A DNA stretch of 63,761 nucleotides, filler included, from Octopus bimaculoides (taxonomy: Eukaryota): NCBI RefSeq assembly GCF_001194135.2. It is 7 parts of 7 records of this genome, joined end to end, with 100 filler letters (N's around TTAATTAATTAA, not from the genome) between each part and the next. Parts side by side here need not be neighbours in the genome. Positions count along the whole stretch, not along the records: positions 54,366 to 61,676 come from NC_068987.1; positions 61,777 to 63,761 come from NW_026430754.1; 5 more parts are not named here. One strand, given 5' to 3'. Below the pieces are notes generated by a model. It did not search any database, was not told the DNA's origin, and worked only from the letters and a program-made list of their open reading frames with translations. This document shows positions 61,036-63,761 of the stretch, one piece after another (the first letter of the stretch is position 1; each line of letters starts with the position of its first letter). The position numbers were made by a program, and so were the translations under genes.

Positions 61036-61148
61036 TCATTTATTTATACGCAACATCTTATTAACTTCCCGTTTGCCCCATAAGCAAGTGTTCACCTGTT
61101 GTCAGTAGGTCATCTCATATGTACATGAAGAAAGACTTCCTCTTCATT

Positions 61149-61254
<106 letters not shown>

Positions 61255-61512
61255 AATTGTCTGCAGGTTTTTTTTCGTTTTATTCTTTTTTTATTCGTGT
61301 ATGTGAGATTTGAGAGTAGGCAAGGATTTGCTGTAACACACACACACTCATACAAACTCGCACCACGAGCATTTACGTACACACACACAACACAAACACA
61401 AATTCTGACAAATACAAAAGTATACTTGCAATTTTGATGATTCGATTGGTTCACAAAGCGATAAAAACCACAAATTGCGCAGACAAAATCAATACACACG
61501 GAGACAATTATC

Positions 61513-61566
<54 letters not shown>

Positions 61567-61789
61567 ATGTATGTGTGTATGTGAGTGTGGGTCTGTGTGT
61601 TTGCATGTATACATGTATGTATGTATGTATGTATGTATGTATTGATGTATGTAGACACTTGGTGGCTGAAGGGTTANNNNNNNNNNNNNNNNNNNNNNNN
61701 NNNNNNNNNNNNNNNNNNNNTTAATTAATTAANNNNNNNNNNNNNNNNNNNNNNNNNNNNNNNNNNNNNNNNNNNNTGTACTTGTCGTC

Positions 61790-62490
61790 GTCAAATGAAA
61801 ATTCAATCTTTTCAACGTGCTATTGATGGAGTTATTTGACGATGTAATTCATGCAGTAAAACAATCTCTATAAGGAAAAATACTTTTTTAGAGAAATACC
61901 ACTTGACAGTGTTTACATTATTTCAAATAATAGCAGACTTTATATCTGAATTGCCAGTAACCTGTTCCATGAGTTGGAACAATATTAGGTGGACTGAACG
62001 ACATTGTACAAGTGGATGAAAGCCTGCTTTTCAAGAGGAAATATGAGGTTGGCAGAATGGTTGAAAAGTTTTGGGTGATAGGCTTTTACAATGTCACTCA
62101 GAAAAAGGGCTACCTGCAACATATAACCGATACAAATGCTGAAACGTTAGAAGCTGCAATCATTGAAAATGTGGAGCCAGGAACTACGATTTTCACGGAT
62201 ATGTGGCCCAGTTACCAAAATCTTCAGAAACTGGGATACATTCATGGTACCGTGAACCATTCACGGAATCTTATTGATCCCGTTAGTGGGGTATGTACCA
62301 ATAGTGTAGAGGCATTCTAGTCACGGATAAAACGTAGACTGAAATACAAAAGTGGATCATGTGGTAACATGAAATGGCCACATATTGATGAGGCAATGTA
62401 CCGTGATTATTACGATATGAAGTGGGAGAACTTTCAGACAATTATCAAGCACATAGCCGAAATATATCCACAGTGGTTTCAGAAAGGTAA
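61790..62490 (+). mobile_element. Merlin (ISXO2/IS1595-like DDE) transposase fossil
   Basis: DGVI.RCNSCSKTISIRKNTF (zinc-ribbon region), VQVDESLLFKRKYEVGR, TIFTDMWPSY, HGTVNHS..IDPVSGVCTNSVEAF.SRIK, HIDEAMYR; one in-frame stop at 62318. Confidence 0.9.
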
Positions 62491-62559
62491 AGGTTAGTTT
62501 TTTTTCTTTTTCTTTTTTTGCTTTTGAATTTTGTTACAGGCTTTGTTTCTTTCTTTTTT

Positions 62560-63761
62560 TCTTTTATTTTGTATTTTTCGTTTTCGAATATATGTTCTCT
62601 GGTAAAAAGCGTGAAACTCGCAGTTTAACTTTCTGAGTAAATGCAAGATTTGGATTGTCCGTGTTTAGCTGTTATTTCAAGCATATCAAGTTTCGTTGTG
62701 GATACTGCACATGCCGTGATCCTTTTGCTGTTTCAATATATGTCTTGCAAACAACTTGCACATGCAAGTGCTACCAGTCAAGAACTCCGCATACCGGAAG
62801 CCAGCAAGTGTATGGGGTCATCAGGAGAGAATGCGCGCCGTTTCGGGGCCTACCTCTTGACGGATCAATGCGCACCGGCCCCCCTCACTGATATGAGGCC
62901 CCGCTTGCTAGATCAACTGATTATTAAAACAAAGCTCAATATTTCACTAGCCATTGCTCATCGTCTCTTTTTAACCAAATCCAGTGGCTAGCCTTCTCCA
63001 TTGTATTTTGGATATCGGTCATGGTGGTATTTACCTTACGATGAGTTAGGCCTAACGATAACAGCAGTCGTCTCACACTGTCCTACAAATCCTCTACATC
63101 CAACTTCGATTGGAAAATGCTCCGCTTTCCAGCCTGCGTCTTCACATTTCTCGAGGAGGTTTACATAACGGCCCATCGTTCGAGCCCGCGCAGCGTCCAT
63201 ATTATCTTCATGAGGAACTGTTAACTCGACTAGATTTACAACTTTCCAACTTTCACACCACATTAAAATGTCAGGTTTTTCCGTAACTGGGATGGGAAAG
63301 AATGCCTGGCACCCAGGCAAATCTGCAGTCACTTCCCAATAGTCGTTCCACTTTTCATTTCTCACAGGAAGTTTCTTGTTCTTTTTCTTGAAACGGATCC
63401 ACTGACCTGAGCGCACGAAAGTAATAAAATCTTTAGATGGTTTTTTTCTCAGTGTTGTTGAGATGAATTTGGTTCTTCACAGCATTGAAGATAATCTTCA
63501 GGACCAGGTTGTGTCTCCATGTATATCTATTCAATGCTAAGGAACAGTTGGAAAGAATATGTTTCAGTGTTCCGACCTTTCTGCATTTGCATATGTCATT
63601 CTCTGAGACGTTCCATCTTACGAGATTCCTAGGTGATGGCAAAACATCATAGGGTGAACGAATCAGAAAACTTAGCCGAGATGTCGTCTACTTCCATATC
63701 TCATCCCAACATATTTTCCTCTCAACAACATGTTCTTCCCATCTCTTTATCTGTCCTTGTT
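62560..63761 (-). mobile_element. HERO/NeSL-like RLE non-LTR retrotransposon, 3' end
   Basis: ERKICWDEIW, RLSFLIRSPYDVLPSPRNLVRW, CKCRKVGTLKHILSNC, RYTWRHNLVL, KPDILMW, LVELTVPHE, PIEVGCRGFVG; 3' UTR and A-rich tail toward about 62500. Confidence 0.9.

Noticed and set aside
62815-62850. Type II hammerhead in the HERO 3' UTR (GAAAC...CUGAUGA)
   Set aside because: The strands that must form stem II are both C-rich and cannot pair; no valid stem I.

Overview
AT-rich, repeat-dense metazoan genomic DNA, most likely from an octopus draft assembly (inferred from the SINE families, extreme microsatellite load and gap style). It contains many N gaps and six artificial TTAATTAATTAA linkers, so adjacency across those joins is unverified. 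No complete gene is present. Two partial host genes lie on the + strand: (1) a Nopp140/NOLC1-like nucleolar phosphoprotein (exon 33160-33252 spliced in frame to a >1.7 kb exon from 34972 with 13 acidic-serine/basic repeats, cut by a gap) and (2) an unidentified coiled-coil protein (exons about 38384-38567, 41466-41561, 44556-44651, 46123-46221). The rest is mobile DNA: a Helitron, several mariner fossils, a piggyBac fossil with seven TTAA-type MITEs, Merlin, pogo/hAT/foldback MITEs, a Gypsy integrase fragment, Penelope-like, R4/Dong-like and HERO-like retroelements, two gag/ORF1-like zinc-knuckle elements with no polymerase, and three to four SINE families. The most notable observations are a hammerhead ribozyme with a near-canonical core at the tip of a long rod-like RNA (55793-55837, minus), further degenerate hammerheads, a triplicated SINE-tail-plus-exon cassette whose intron flanks are better conserved than its codons, ORF1-only retroelements, a piggyBac-MITE cluster confined to the Nopp140 contig, and a predicted pseudoknot in the HERO 3' UTR. 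All family assignments are by motif recognition, with no database search. No rRNA, true tRNA or CRISPR array was found.
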